Part shown: positions 23,277 through 31,637 of the stretch, in pieces
Layout of the letters: every line of letters begins with the position of its first letter
Position numbering within the stretch: the stretch's first letter is position 1
From: Tepidisphaerales bacterium
Lineage (GTDB): Bacteria; Planctomycetota; Phycisphaerae; Tepidisphaerales; Tepidisphaeraceae
DNA: 32,000 nucleotides
Direction: 5' to 3'
NCBI GenBank assembly: GCA_046299715.1
Contig: JBKBHU010000007.1
Coordinates: forward strand, 123,464 to 155,463
The notes under the pieces: model-generated
Databases searched by the model: none
The model's input: only the letters and a program-made list of their open reading frames with translations
Told to the model about the DNA's origin: nothing
Translations under genes and position numbers: made by a program

Positions 23277-24398
23277 TCAGCGGATCGTGAGCTGCGGTGA
23301 CGGCGAGAACGCACGTCGCAGCTCGACCTGAGCCACGAGGTTGGCGGTGAGCAGTTCGAGGCTGGCGGCGAGGTCACGGTCCGGGCCGTCGAAGTTGGCG
23401 TGCGGTGTACCCCGGTCGCTGTTGACCCGCAGCTGAGGGTACAGCGGCAACGCACCGAGGAACGGCAGCCCCAGTCGCTTGGCTTCGTTCTCGGCCCCGC
23501 CGGCCCCGAAGATGTCGATCCGCTTGCCGTCGGGCCCGACGAGGTAGCTCATGTTCTCGACCACGCCCAGCACAGGGGTGTTGAGCTGCTGGAACATCCG
23601 CACCGCACGCACCGCGTCATCGAGAGCGACCTGCTGCGGCGTCGCCACCACGACCGCCCCGGTCAGCGGGACCGACTGGCAGAGCGTCAGGCTCACATCT
23701 CCCGTGCCCGGCGGCAGGTCCACCACCAGGTAGTCCAGCTCCGGCCAGACGGTGTTGTCCATCAGCAGTTGTTTGAAGGCTCCGTGCGCCATCGGCCCCC
23801 GCCAGATCAGCGGCTTCTCCTGCTCGACCAGCGCGCCGATGGTGATGACGTCAATGCCGTGCACGAAAAACGGGACGATCTTCCCCGCCTTCACCGTCGG
23901 CGTCTGCCCTTTGATGCCCAGCAACGTCGGCGTGGACGGCCCGTAGATGTCGCCGTCCATGAGGCCCACGCGGTGACCCAGCCGCGAGAGCCCCACCGCG
24001 AGGTTGACCGCGACGGTGCTCTTGCCTACGCCGCCCTTGCCCGCGCCGACCGCGACGATGCTGCGGACCTGCGGGAGGGGCCGCTCGGTACCCGCCGCCC
24101 CCTCCGCTGCCCCCCCACCCGCTCCGCCCGACGACCGGCCGGCCGACCCCGCTCCGCCCCGGTAGCTGACCTCCAGCGCGAACTCGGTGGCATCGGTGTT
24201 GGCCAGCGCCGCCGCCACCTCCTGCCGAAGCCGGTCCTTCAGCGAACTTTCCGGGCTGGTGAGTTCGATCTCGAGGGCGACGCGGGTCCCGTCGATCTCG
24301 ACCGTCTTCACCATGCCCAGCGAGACGATGTCCCGGTGCAGCTCGGGGTCTTTGACGTTCCGCAGGGCCTGGCGCACGTCGTCTTCGGTCAGCGGCAT
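23277..24398 (-). CDS. apbC: Mrp/NBP35 (ApbC) iron-sulfur cluster carrier ATPase with an N-terminal DUF59/MIP18 domain
   Basis: ORF 23277..24950 trimmed to the in-frame ATG at 24398 (MPLTEDDVRQALRNVKDPELHRDIVSLGMV). Deviant Walker A GKGGVGKST and DLPPGTGD blocks. The 184 codons upstream look non-coding. Confidence 0.9.
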   Translation of the reverse strand: MPLTEDDVRQALRNVKDPELHRDIVSLGMVKTVEIDGTRVALEIELTSPESSLKDRLRQEVAAALANTDATEFALEVSYRGGAGSAGRSSGGAGGGAAEGAAGTERPLPQVRSIVAVGAGKGGVGKSTVAVNLAVGLSRLGHRVGLMDGDIYGPSTPTLLGIKGQTPTVKAGKIVPFFVHGIDVITIGALVEQEKPLIWRGPMAHGAFKQLLMDNTVWPELDYLVVDLPPGTGDVSLTLCQSVPLTGAVVVATPQQVALDDAVRAVRMFQQLNTPVLGVVENMSYLVGPDGKRIDIFGAGGAENEAKRLGLPFLGALPLYPQLRVNSDRGTPHANFDGPDRDLAASLELLTANLVAQVELRRAFSPSPQLTIR

Positions 24399-24503
24399 GG
24401 CGGGGGATGTTAGCCGCGTTCGTGTCCCGGCCGGCCGCAGAGACGCGCGTTCCCGCATCGGGTGTGCGTCGCCCGCCCGTCGCCCGGCGGGTACCATGCG
24501 TGC

Positions 24504-25868
24504 ATGACCGGCGGCGGCAACGCACCGTTGGAGGCGGCCGTGCGACCGCCGTCCGCGTCCCCCACCCCGGCCGCAACGGCTTCCCCCGCCGACGACGCTC
24601 TGGCCGTCGCCCGCACCGGGCTGAACCTGCAGCCGGGCCTGGAAGACGACGGCTGGGCACGGCCTCCGCCGGTGCGGCTGGACGACGGCTCGCAAGTCCA
24701 GCTCTACAAAGACGGCGAAGCCCTGCACGCGGCGCTGGAAGCCATCCGCAACGCCCGTCGATGCATCTATCTCGAGGTCTACATCTTCGCCAACGACGAC
24801 ACGGGACAGGCCTTCAAAGAGGCACTGGCCGAGAAGGCGAGAGAAGGCGTCGCGGTCTACCTGATCTACGACGACTTCGGCTCGCTGACCACACCGCGGC
24901 GGTCGTTCCTGCGATTGCGTGACGCCGGCGTGCGCATCCGTGTGTTCCACCCGCTACGGCCGTGGGAGTGCAAGTTTTCCTGGCGGCCGTTCAACCGCGA
25001 CCACCGGAAGCTGCTGGTCATCGACAACGAAATCGCCGGGCTGGGCGGACTGAACATCGGCCGCGAGTACGCCGGGTCGTGGGTGGCTGCAGGTCTGAGG
25101 AAGCTGCGTCAGCCGCTGCCGGAGAAGTACCGCATCCGCCCGGATGAGTTCTTCCGCGACACCGCCGTCGGCATCCGCGGCCCGTCGGCCCGCGTTCTGG
25201 CCAACGCGTTCGCGCGAACGTGGAACTACCTTTCGCACGGCGGCCGCATCGCCCGTGCGATGACGCTCTACCCCCCGCCCACGGGCGGCCGGCGCCCCGT
25301 CGCCCTCACCGTCCCCGTCCGCGGCAGGCGGCTGGCGTGCATCGCTTCGGTCCCCACGCTCGACTCACCCCTGCGGCCGACCCTGCATCGGCTCTTTGCC
25401 GAGGCCCGCCGTTCGATTCACCTCACCATGGCGTACTTCGCCCCCGACGACGACCTCATCCGCGAACTCTGCCGGGCCGCCCGCCGCGGCGTGCAGGTCG
25501 AGCTGATGCTTCCGGCCAGGACGGATGTGCCGCTGCTGGTGCCCGCGGCGAGGTCGTTTTACGAGACCCTGCTGCAGGCGGGCGTCCGCATCTATGAGCG
25601 CCAGGGCGCCATCCTCCACGCCAAGACGATGGTCATCGACGGCCGCATCAGCGTCATCGGCTCGACCAACCTCGACTACCGCTCGATCGAGTACAACCTT
25701 GAGCTGTCAGCGGTGATCACGTCGGAGGAGCTCGGCCAGCAGATGGTCTCGCTCTTCGAACACGACGTCCGCTTCGCCCGGCGGATCTCGCCCGCGCAGT
25801 GGCGACGCCGCCCTACGCGCGACCGGCTGGTCCAGTGGGCCGTGAGCCGGGCCCGCTACCTGCTGTGA
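24504..25868 (+). CDS. Phospholipase D superfamily protein (cardiolipin synthase ClsB-like), two HKD motifs
   Basis: HKD motifs HRKLLVIDNEIAGLGGLNIG and HAKTMVIDGRISVIGSTNLD. The start is uncertain (ATG 24504 preferred over GTG 24462). Confidence 0.75.
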   Translation: MTGGGNAPLEAAVRPPSASPTPAATASPADDALAVARTGLNLQPGLEDDGWARPPPVRLDDGSQVQLYKDGEALHAALEAIRNARRCIYLEVYIFANDDTGQAFKEALAEKAREGVAVYLIYDDFGSLTTPRRSFLRLRDAGVRIRVFHPLRPWECKFSWRPFNRDHRKLLVIDNEIAGLGGLNIGREYAGSWVAAGLRKLRQPLPEKYRIRPDEFFRDTAVGIRGPSARVLANAFARTWNYLSHGGRIARAMTLYPPPTGGRRPVALTVPVRGRRLACIASVPTLDSPLRPTLHRLFAEARRSIHLTMAYFAPDDDLIRELCRAARRGVQVELMLPARTDVPLLVPAARSFYETLLQAGVRIYERQGAILHAKTMVIDGRISVIGSTNLDYRSIEYNLELSAVITSEELGQQMVSLFEHDVRFARRISPAQWRRRPTRDRLVQWAVSRARYLL

Positions 25869-26749
25869 CCCGTGGGCGTCGCGCCGACCGCACCGAGCCA
25901 TTCGCCGGTGAACACTTCCGTCGCCGGCCCGGTCATCCGGACGCGATTGTCCTCCCGCCACTCCAGCAGCAGGTCCCCGCCGGGCAGCCGGGCACGCACG
26001 CGGCGGCCGGTGCGGCCGGTCAGCGCGCCGCAACAGGCCACCGCACTGGCCCCCGTCCCGCAGGCCAGAGTGATCCCACTGCCCCGCTCCCACGTCCGCA
26101 TGACCACCTCGTTGCGGGAGACGACCTGGGCGAAGTGGATGTTCGCCCGTTTAGGAAACGCCGGGTGCCGCTCCAGCGATGGACCGTACCGCTCCAGCGG
26201 AACCGACGCCACATCGTCCACGAACAGCACGGCGTGCGGGTTGCCCGTTGACGCGAACACCGCGGCGGCCGAATCGTCCCACGCGCCGAACGCGGGCAGG
26301 CGGTATTCGTGAGGCCGCCCCGTGGCCACCACCTGCCCCGCATCCACGGGCACACCGCCCAGCTCGAAGACCGGCTCGCCCATGTCCACCGTCACCTCGC
26401 TCACCTTCCCGTCGCCGCCCAGCAGCAGGTCGAGCGTCAGCACGCCCCGCCCGGTCTCGACCCGGAGCGGGTTGTTGCGGCACAGCCCGTGGTCGAAAAC
26501 GTACTTGGCCACGCAGCGGATGCCGTTGCCGCACATCTCCCCCTCACTGCCGTCGGCATTGAACATCCGCATGCGGCAGTCGGCCCCGGCCACCGTGGGG
26601 GGAAGGATGAGGATCAGCCCGTCCGAGCCGATGCCGAAATGCCGGTCGGCGACCAGCCGGGCCACCGCGGGCGGGTCGTCCACCTGCTCGAGGAAACCGT
26701 TCACATAGACATAGTCGTTGCCCAGCCCGTGCATCTTCGTGAAGCGCAT
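25856..26749 (-). CDS. dapF: Diaminopimelate epimerase
   Basis: MRFTKMHGLGNDYVYV. Catalytic Cys blocks are EMCGNGIRC and GITLACGTGASA. Also NPHAVLFV. Its 3' end overlaps the convergent PLD gene by 13 bp. Confidence 0.92.
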   Translation of the reverse strand: MRFTKMHGLGNDYVYVNGFLEQVDDPPAVARLVADRHFGIGSDGLILILPPTVAGADCRMRMFNADGSEGEMCGNGIRCVAKYVFDHGLCRNNPLRVETGRGVLTLDLLLGGDGKVSEVTVDMGEPVFELGGVPVDAGQVVATGRPHEYRLPAFGAWDDSAAAVFASTGNPHAVLFVDDVASVPLERYGPSLERHPAFPKRANIHFAQVVSRNEVVMRTWERGSGITLACGTGASAVACCGALTGRTGRRVRARLPGGDLLLEWREDNRVRMTGPATEVFTGEWLGAVGATPTGHSR

Positions 26750-26800
26750 GGCCGGGCATGCTACGCGTGCCGCCTACTCGGCTTAGGACGCCCGCCGGCA

Positions 26801-27661
26801 TCACTTGGCGAGCGTGGCGATCACCCGCCAGAACTGGTGTGGCGAGAGCCGCCGCTTCGTCCGCCGTTCGAAAGCGTCGCGGAGGGCTTCCAGCTCGGGC
26901 GTGTACGGGAGCCGGTCCCGCCGGCCCATGGCCGGGCCGAGCAGCGTGCGGACGACCTCCCGCTCCTCCGCGGCCAGCCGCGGCGGCCGGCTTCGACTTC
27001 GGCCCATCGGCGGCAGTTTGCCCGCCTTGCGCAGCCGCAGAAGGTGCGTCCACACCACCGACCTTTCCGGCGGCCGCTCGAAAGCCGCCGCGTAGCCGTC
27101 GTAGATCAACTCGAAATGGTGGGTGTAGGGAAGGTCATCGGCCGTCCGTCCGGCCGTCTGGTACAGCCTCACCAGCAGCTCGGGCTTCGGCTTGACCTGC
27201 TCCTCGACCACGTCACTGCCGCCGAAGAGCCCGGCAGGCATGCCCACGGGCACCGCCGGACTCCCGCCAGCAGGGGCCGGCCCGGCCCGATCGTCGCTCG
27301 CTCCAGGCGCATCGCTTCCCGCTGCCCCGGGCGTTCGCTCGACCAGATGCCACACGTGCCCGAAGGCGTCCCGCACCGACGCCCGCAGTCCCCGGCCCGT
27401 CGGCCGCGGCGGGCTCTTGAACGTCAGCTTGAGCTTTTCCCGCTCGCCATGCGCACGTCGTAGCCCCGACGCCTTGAACGACACCTCCATCGCCGGCAAA
27501 TCCGGCGAATCGTGAAGGACCAGCTCGGCCTCCCCGAGAGCGAACGCGGCGGCGTGCCCTTCCCTTCGGAGCAGTCGCAGCCCCAATACCTCTCCGTAAT
27601 ACCGCACGCCGGCCGCCAGCGTCGGCACCCGCAGCAGCACCCGGTCAACCCCGTCGAGCAT
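26801..27661 (-). CDS. VOC (glyoxalase/bleomycin-resistance-like) domain fused to a C-terminal region of unknown function containing two copies of a ~36 aa motif
   Basis: The N-terminal ~110 aa are VOC-like (VDRVLLRVPTLAAGVRYYGEVLGLRL...DAFGHVWHLVE). A P/G/A linker follows, then the repeated LPYT-x23-W-x5-L-x-K motif. Confidence 0.6.
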   Translation of the reverse strand: MLDGVDRVLLRVPTLAAGVRYYGEVLGLRLLRREGHAAAFALGEAELVLHDSPDLPAMEVSFKASGLRRAHGEREKLKLTFKSPPRPTGRGLRASVRDAFGHVWHLVERTPGAAGSDAPGASDDRAGPAPAGGSPAVPVGMPAGLFGGSDVVEEQVKPKPELLVRLYQTAGRTADDLPYTHHFELIYDGYAAAFERPPERSVVWTHLLRLRKAGKLPPMGRSRSRPPRLAAEEREVVRTLLGPAMGRRDRLPYTPELEALRDAFERRTKRRLSPHQFWRVIATLAK

Positions 27662-27789
27662 GCCCGTAGGGTAAATCGGCCCTGTGGACGCTGTCGTGGT
27701 CGGCCGGACACGACCGTTTCAAAGCCCGCCGCCCGGGGCCGTAGACTTGGGCAACCCCAACGACATGGGCTTCCCCGCGGGCGACGACC

Positions 27790-28767
27790 ATGGCCAGGCA
27801 GCTCAAACCGGTCTACGCACTCGTCGGCGACGATTCGTTTCTCCAGATGGAGACGATCGCGGAGATCGACCGCCAGCTCGACGACGCCCAGCGAAGTACC
27901 TTCGACGGCGAGCAGGCCCAGCTCCCCGACGTGCTCGACGAGGTGCGCAGCTTCTCGATGTTCGGCGGCGGCAAACTGGTGATCGTCCGCTCGGCCGATG
28001 AGTTTGTCAGCCGCTATCGCGAAGGGCTGGAGCGGTTTTGCCAGAGCCTTGCCGACTCGGGCGACGCCGGCACTTCGGTGCTGGTGCTACGCCTGTCATC
28101 GCTGCCCGCCAACACGCGCCTGCACAAGCTGATCGCCAGGGTCGGGGAGGTCGTCAAGTGCGAGCCGCCGCGAATGGCCGAGCTGCCGGCGTGGATCGTC
28201 CGCCGGGCGCGAAGCATGCACCGCGTGGACATCGCTCAGGACGCGGCCCTGCAACTGGCCGACCTCATCGGCTCTGACCTCGGCCGTCTCGACGCCGAAC
28301 TCGCCCGGCTGGTGCTCATGCTCCCCGACCCGCCCGCCCCGCAGGTCATCACCACCGAGCTCGTTCGGGCGAGCGTGGCGTTCCAGCGCGAGCAGGAGGT
28401 GAAGGAGGTCGTGGCCCTGCTCGCCCGCGGCCGCGTGGCCGACGCCCTGCACCGCTGGCGGCAGCTGCTCACCACCGACGCCGCCGCGGAGTACAAGGCG
28501 ACGACATGGCTGATGCTCTGGCTCGAGCGCGCCCGCAGCGCACTGGACCTCAAGGAGAAAAGTGCGCCACCTCAGATGCTCAGCCGGGCGACGTGGATCA
28601 GCGACCCGGTCGAGCTGCGCGAGTTCATGTCGGTGGCCACCCGGCTCGGCCGTGGCGGGGTCACCCGGCTGCTCAAGCAGCTCGCCGAGCTCGACCGCCG
28701 CATCAAAAGCGGTCTAGGCGAACCCGCCGTGCTCATCGAACGCTTCATCGCCACGGCCCTGACCTGA
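27790..28767 (+). CDS. holA: DNA polymerase III delta subunit
   Basis: PVYALVGDDSFL...FSMFGGGKLVIVRSADEF...VLVLRL...KLIARVGEVVKCEPPRMAELPAWIVRRA...IAQDAALQLADLIGSDLGRLDAELARL. Typical HolA block order and length. Confidence 0.75.
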   Translation: MARQLKPVYALVGDDSFLQMETIAEIDRQLDDAQRSTFDGEQAQLPDVLDEVRSFSMFGGGKLVIVRSADEFVSRYREGLERFCQSLADSGDAGTSVLVLRLSSLPANTRLHKLIARVGEVVKCEPPRMAELPAWIVRRARSMHRVDIAQDAALQLADLIGSDLGRLDAELARLVLMLPDPPAPQVITTELVRASVAFQREQEVKEVVALLARGRVADALHRWRQLLTTDAAAEYKATTWLMLWLERARSALDLKEKSAPPQMLSRATWISDPVELREFMSVATRLGRGGVTRLLKQLAELDRRIKSGLGEPAVLIERFIATALT

Positions 28768-28854
28768 CCGCACGGCCGACGCGGCGCCGGGCGGCCGGCC
28801 GCGTCGCTCGTCCGCCCTTTTCTTCGCCCGCCACCACCGCCTACAACTCCCCCC

Positions 28855-29769
28855 ATGCCCAAGCCCGAGCTGCTTCCCATCGCCCTCACCCAGATGGCCT
28901 GCACGGACGACCCGAAGGCCAACCTCAAGCGACAGGTCGAGCTGGCCGACCGTGCCGCCCGCGAGGGGGCGAAGATCATCTGCACGCAGGAGCTCTTCCG
29001 CTCGCTGTATTTCTGCCAGTGCGAAGACCACCGGTTCTTCCAGCTCGCCGAGCCGATCCCCGGCCCGTCCACCGACGCGCTGGGCAAGGTCGCCCGCAAG
29101 CACAAGGTGACGATCGTCGCCTCGCTCTTCGAGCGCCGGGCCGCCGGGCTGTACCACAACACCGCCGCCGTGATCGACCCGAAGGGCAACGTCCAGGGCA
29201 TCTACCGCAAGATGCACATCCCCGACGACCCGCTGTACTACGAGAAGTTCTACTTCACCCCCGGCGACCTCGGCTTCCGGAGTTTCCGCACGCCCTACGC
29301 CACCATCGGCGTGCTCGTGTGCTGGGACCAGTGGTACCCCGAGGCCGCCCGCGCCACCTGCCTCACCGGTGCCGAAATCCTCTTCTACCCCACCGCCATC
29401 GGCTGGCACCCCTCGGAAAAACAGGAGTACGGCCACGCCCAGCACGAGTCGTGGGAGCTGATTCAGCGGTCGCACGCCGTGGCCAACGGCTGCTTCGTGG
29501 CCGTGCCCAACCGCATCGGCCGCGAACACGTCGCCGGGCCCGACGGCAAGCCCGTCTCGCGCGACGGCATCGAGTTCTGGGGACAGTCCTTCGTGGCCGA
29601 GCCCAACGGGCAGGTCCTCGCCAAGGCCCCGGCGGACCGCGAAACCGTTTTGCATGCCCGGCTCGACCTGAGCAAGGTGGAGTTCGCCCGCACCCACTGG
29701 CCCTTCCTGCGCGACCGTCGCATCGACGCCTACGGCACCCTCACCCGCCGCTTCGTGGACGCGAGCTAG
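28855..29769 (+). CDS. aguB: N-carbamoylputrescine amidase (nitrilase superfamily)
   Basis: The catalytic E-K-C triad context is present: CTQELF, IYRKMHIPDDP and VLVCWDQWYPE. Also ILFYPTAIGW. It is adjacent to agmatine deiminase. Confidence 0.85.
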   Translation: MPKPELLPIALTQMACTDDPKANLKRQVELADRAAREGAKIICTQELFRSLYFCQCEDHRFFQLAEPIPGPSTDALGKVARKHKVTIVASLFERRAAGLYHNTAAVIDPKGNVQGIYRKMHIPDDPLYYEKFYFTPGDLGFRSFRTPYATIGVLVCWDQWYPEAARATCLTGAEILFYPTAIGWHPSEKQEYGHAQHESWELIQRSHAVANGCFVAVPNRIGREHVAGPDGKPVSRDGIEFWGQSFVAEPNGQVLAKAPADRETVLHARLDLSKVEFARTHWPFLRDRRIDAYGTLTRRFVDAS

Positions 29770-29855
29770 TCCCCCCGCGCCCCCCTGCCACCCCGTCCGC
29801 CCCCCCCCCCGCCCCCCGCCCCCCCGCCTGTCCTCCCCTGCCGCCCACCGCCACC
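29770..29855 (+). repeat. Extreme C-tract spacer between aguB and aguA (64 of 86 nt are C; C11 run at 29800..29810)
   Basis: Counted by hand. There are eight C-runs of 3 or more nt separated by 1-9 nt (mostly 1-4). The complementary strand is correspondingly G-rich. Confidence 0.9.
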
Positions 29856-30953
29856 ATGCCCAAGCCCCGCCTGCTCCCCGACACACCCGCCGCCCTGGGC
29901 TACAGCTTCCCCGCCGAGTGGACCCGCCACCGCGCGACGTGGTTCTCCTGGCCAAGGCCCGAAGGCATCTCCTTCCCCGGCAAGTACCACACGGTGCCCG
30001 AGGTGCTCTCGCGGATTTTCGCGGCCATCGCCCCGCGCGAGCCCGTCCACGTCAACGTGCCCAACCTCAACTACGAACACCTCGTCCGCCAGCAGCTCGT
30101 GGACTGCGGCTTCCCCCGGCGACTGCTCCCCCGCGTGCACTTCCATCACATCCCGACCAACGAGAACTGGTGCCGCGACCACGGCCCGGCCGTGGTCGTC
30201 CACCCCAGCGGCAAGGCCGCGATCGTGGACTGGGGCTTCAACGCCTGGGGCGGCAAGTACCCGCCCTACGACGCCGACGATGCCGTCCCCACGCGCATCG
30301 CAGAGGTCCTCGGCCTGCCCTTGTGCTACCCCGGCATCGTCATGGAAGGCGGCGCGATCGACGTCAACGGCGCCGGCACCCTGCTCACCACCACCGACTG
30401 CCTGCTCAACCCCAACCGCAACCCGGGCCTTTCAAGGGCCGAGATTGAACGCTACCTGCGCGACTACTACGGGCAGAAGCACATCTGCTGGCTCAGCGGC
30501 GGCATCGAGGGCGACGACACCGACGGCCACGTGGACGACCTCGCCCGCTTCATCTCGCCCCGCAAAGTCGTCATCGCACTGGAAGACGACCCCGCCGACG
30601 CCAACTACCGCCCTCTCCGCAGGGCGAGAAAACAGCTCGAAACCCTGCGCGACCAGGACGGCCGGCCGTTCGAGATCGTCGAACTCCCCATGCCCCGCCC
30701 CGTCGTCCACGACGGCCAGCGGCTCCCCGCCACCTACGTCAACTTCTACTTCGTGAACGGGGCACTGCTGGTGCCCACCTACCGCGACCGCCGAAACGAC
30801 CGCCGTGCCGTTGAAACCCTGCAGGCCCACCTGCCCCGGCATGAGGTCATCGGCATCGACTGCACCGAGCTGATCTGGGGGCTGGGCGCCATCCACTGCC
30901 TCACCCAGCAGATTCCCGCCTACCGCATACCCCAGCCCCGCCGACGCCGCTGA
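29856..30953 (+). CDS. aguA: Agmatine deiminase
   Basis: The real gene inside the 815 aa ORF 28506..30953. The ATG at 29856 gives MPKPRLLPDTPAALGYSFPAEWTRH..., with WCRDHGP, GGAIDVNGAGTLLTT, DTDGHVDDLARF, YVNFYFVNGALLVP and a C-terminal GAIHCLTQQ catalytic Cys block. Confidence 0.9.
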   Translation: MPKPRLLPDTPAALGYSFPAEWTRHRATWFSWPRPEGISFPGKYHTVPEVLSRIFAAIAPREPVHVNVPNLNYEHLVRQQLVDCGFPRRLLPRVHFHHIPTNENWCRDHGPAVVVHPSGKAAIVDWGFNAWGGKYPPYDADDAVPTRIAEVLGLPLCYPGIVMEGGAIDVNGAGTLLTTTDCLLNPNRNPGLSRAEIERYLRDYYGQKHICWLSGGIEGDDTDGHVDDLARFISPRKVVIALEDDPADANYRPLRRARKQLETLRDQDGRPFEIVELPMPRPVVHDGQRLPATYVNFYFVNGALLVPTYRDRRNDRRAVETLQAHLPRHEVIGIDCTELIWGLGAIHCLTQQIPAYRIPQPRRRR

Positions 30954-31003
30954 CCCTGGACGCGGCCCAGCGAGCACGCGACGGTTCGTCCGGGCCCGGG
31001 CCC

Positions 31004-31549
31004 TCACGCCCGGAACGACGGCATCCAGTGGTAGAGCATGAAGTAGACGATCACGCCGGTCACCGAGACGTAGAACCAGACGAACCACGTCGGCTTGGCG
31101 ATCCTGCGGTGCCTGGCCCACTGCCGCCGGTAGGCGTGCCAGACGGCCATGAAGATCATGGGCAGCATCCCGACGGCGGCGATCAGATGCGGGATGAGCA
31201 CCGCCAGATACAGCCCCCGGGCCCAGCCCGGCACGGCGTCGCCCCCCATCATCCCCGTGGTCACCTCGCCGTAAAGCCACTTGCTGTACAGATACGACAG
31301 CAGGAACACCGCCGAGACCACCAGCGCCGAGACCATCAGCGTCCCGTGCGCCCGGTATTGCCGGCGCTTGATCATCACCAGCGCCGCCACCAGCAGCACG
31401 GTGGCCAGGCCGTTGAGTGCTGAGTTGAACGCCGCGAACGCCAGCTTGCCGTCCGAAATGAGCGGCGTCTCCGCCGCCGCCAGCGCCAGCCGCGTCATCG
31501 CGTTCGACACACCCTCCGCCACCGATGCACCCGGACCGTCGCTGGTCAT
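31004..31549 (-). CDS. DUF420 family integral membrane protein
   Basis: Four or more TM helices with an HL..A and H..YRR pattern (LIPHLIAAVGMLPMIFMAVWHAYRRQWARHRRIAKP). I chose the ATG at 31549 because a purine-rich GGGGACAGAGAGAGAGG lies just upstream. The ATG at 31498 is an alternative. It is adjacent to an SCO gene, as is common for this family. Confidence 0.7.
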   Translation of the reverse strand: MTSDGPGASVAEGVSNAMTRLALAAAETPLISDGKLAFAAFNSALNGLATVLLVAALVMIKRRQYRAHGTLMVSALVVSAVFLLSYLYSKWLYGEVTTGMMGGDAVPGWARGLYLAVLIPHLIAAVGMLPMIFMAVWHAYRRQWARHRRIAKPTWFVWFYVSVTGVIVYFMLYHWMPSFRA

Positions 31550-31637
31550 CGCGCCTCTCTCTCTGTCCCCGATTGACCCCGAAACCACCCGCGCCCCGCC
31601 CGGCGTCCCCCGCCGGGCCGGGACCGGCCAGCTGCCG

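Noticed and set aside
21269-23290. A 673 aa + strand ORF and a 414 aa minus-strand ORF (21261..22505) across the lipoprotein, GNAT and thpR region.
   Set aside because: Their translations are Arg/Gly/Pro/Ala low complexity. The three shorter in-frame genes have a lipobox, a GNAT motif A and two HxT motifs.
24399-24950. A 184-codon N-terminal extension of the apbC ORF (23277..24950).
   Set aside because: The extension has no Mrp/DUF59 similarity and overlaps the divergent PLD gene. The internal ATG at 24398 gives the canonical DUF59 N-terminus (MPLTEDDVRQAL...).
13067-25868. Phospholipid genes (psd-pssA coupled by a GTGA overlap, with a PLD/cls-like gene 10 kb away) as a possible special lipid locus.
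   Set aside because: The psd-pssA pairing and translational coupling are ordinary. The cls-like gene is separated by many unrelated genes. Nothing here is unusual beyond standard housekeeping.
28506-30953. An 815 aa ORF that would be a single giant gene across the holA end, aguB and aguA.
   Set aside because: Only the last 365 codons (from the ATG at 29856) look like a protein (agmatine deiminase). The upstream part overlaps holA and aguB out of frame and translates to Arg/Pro/Ala-rich filler.
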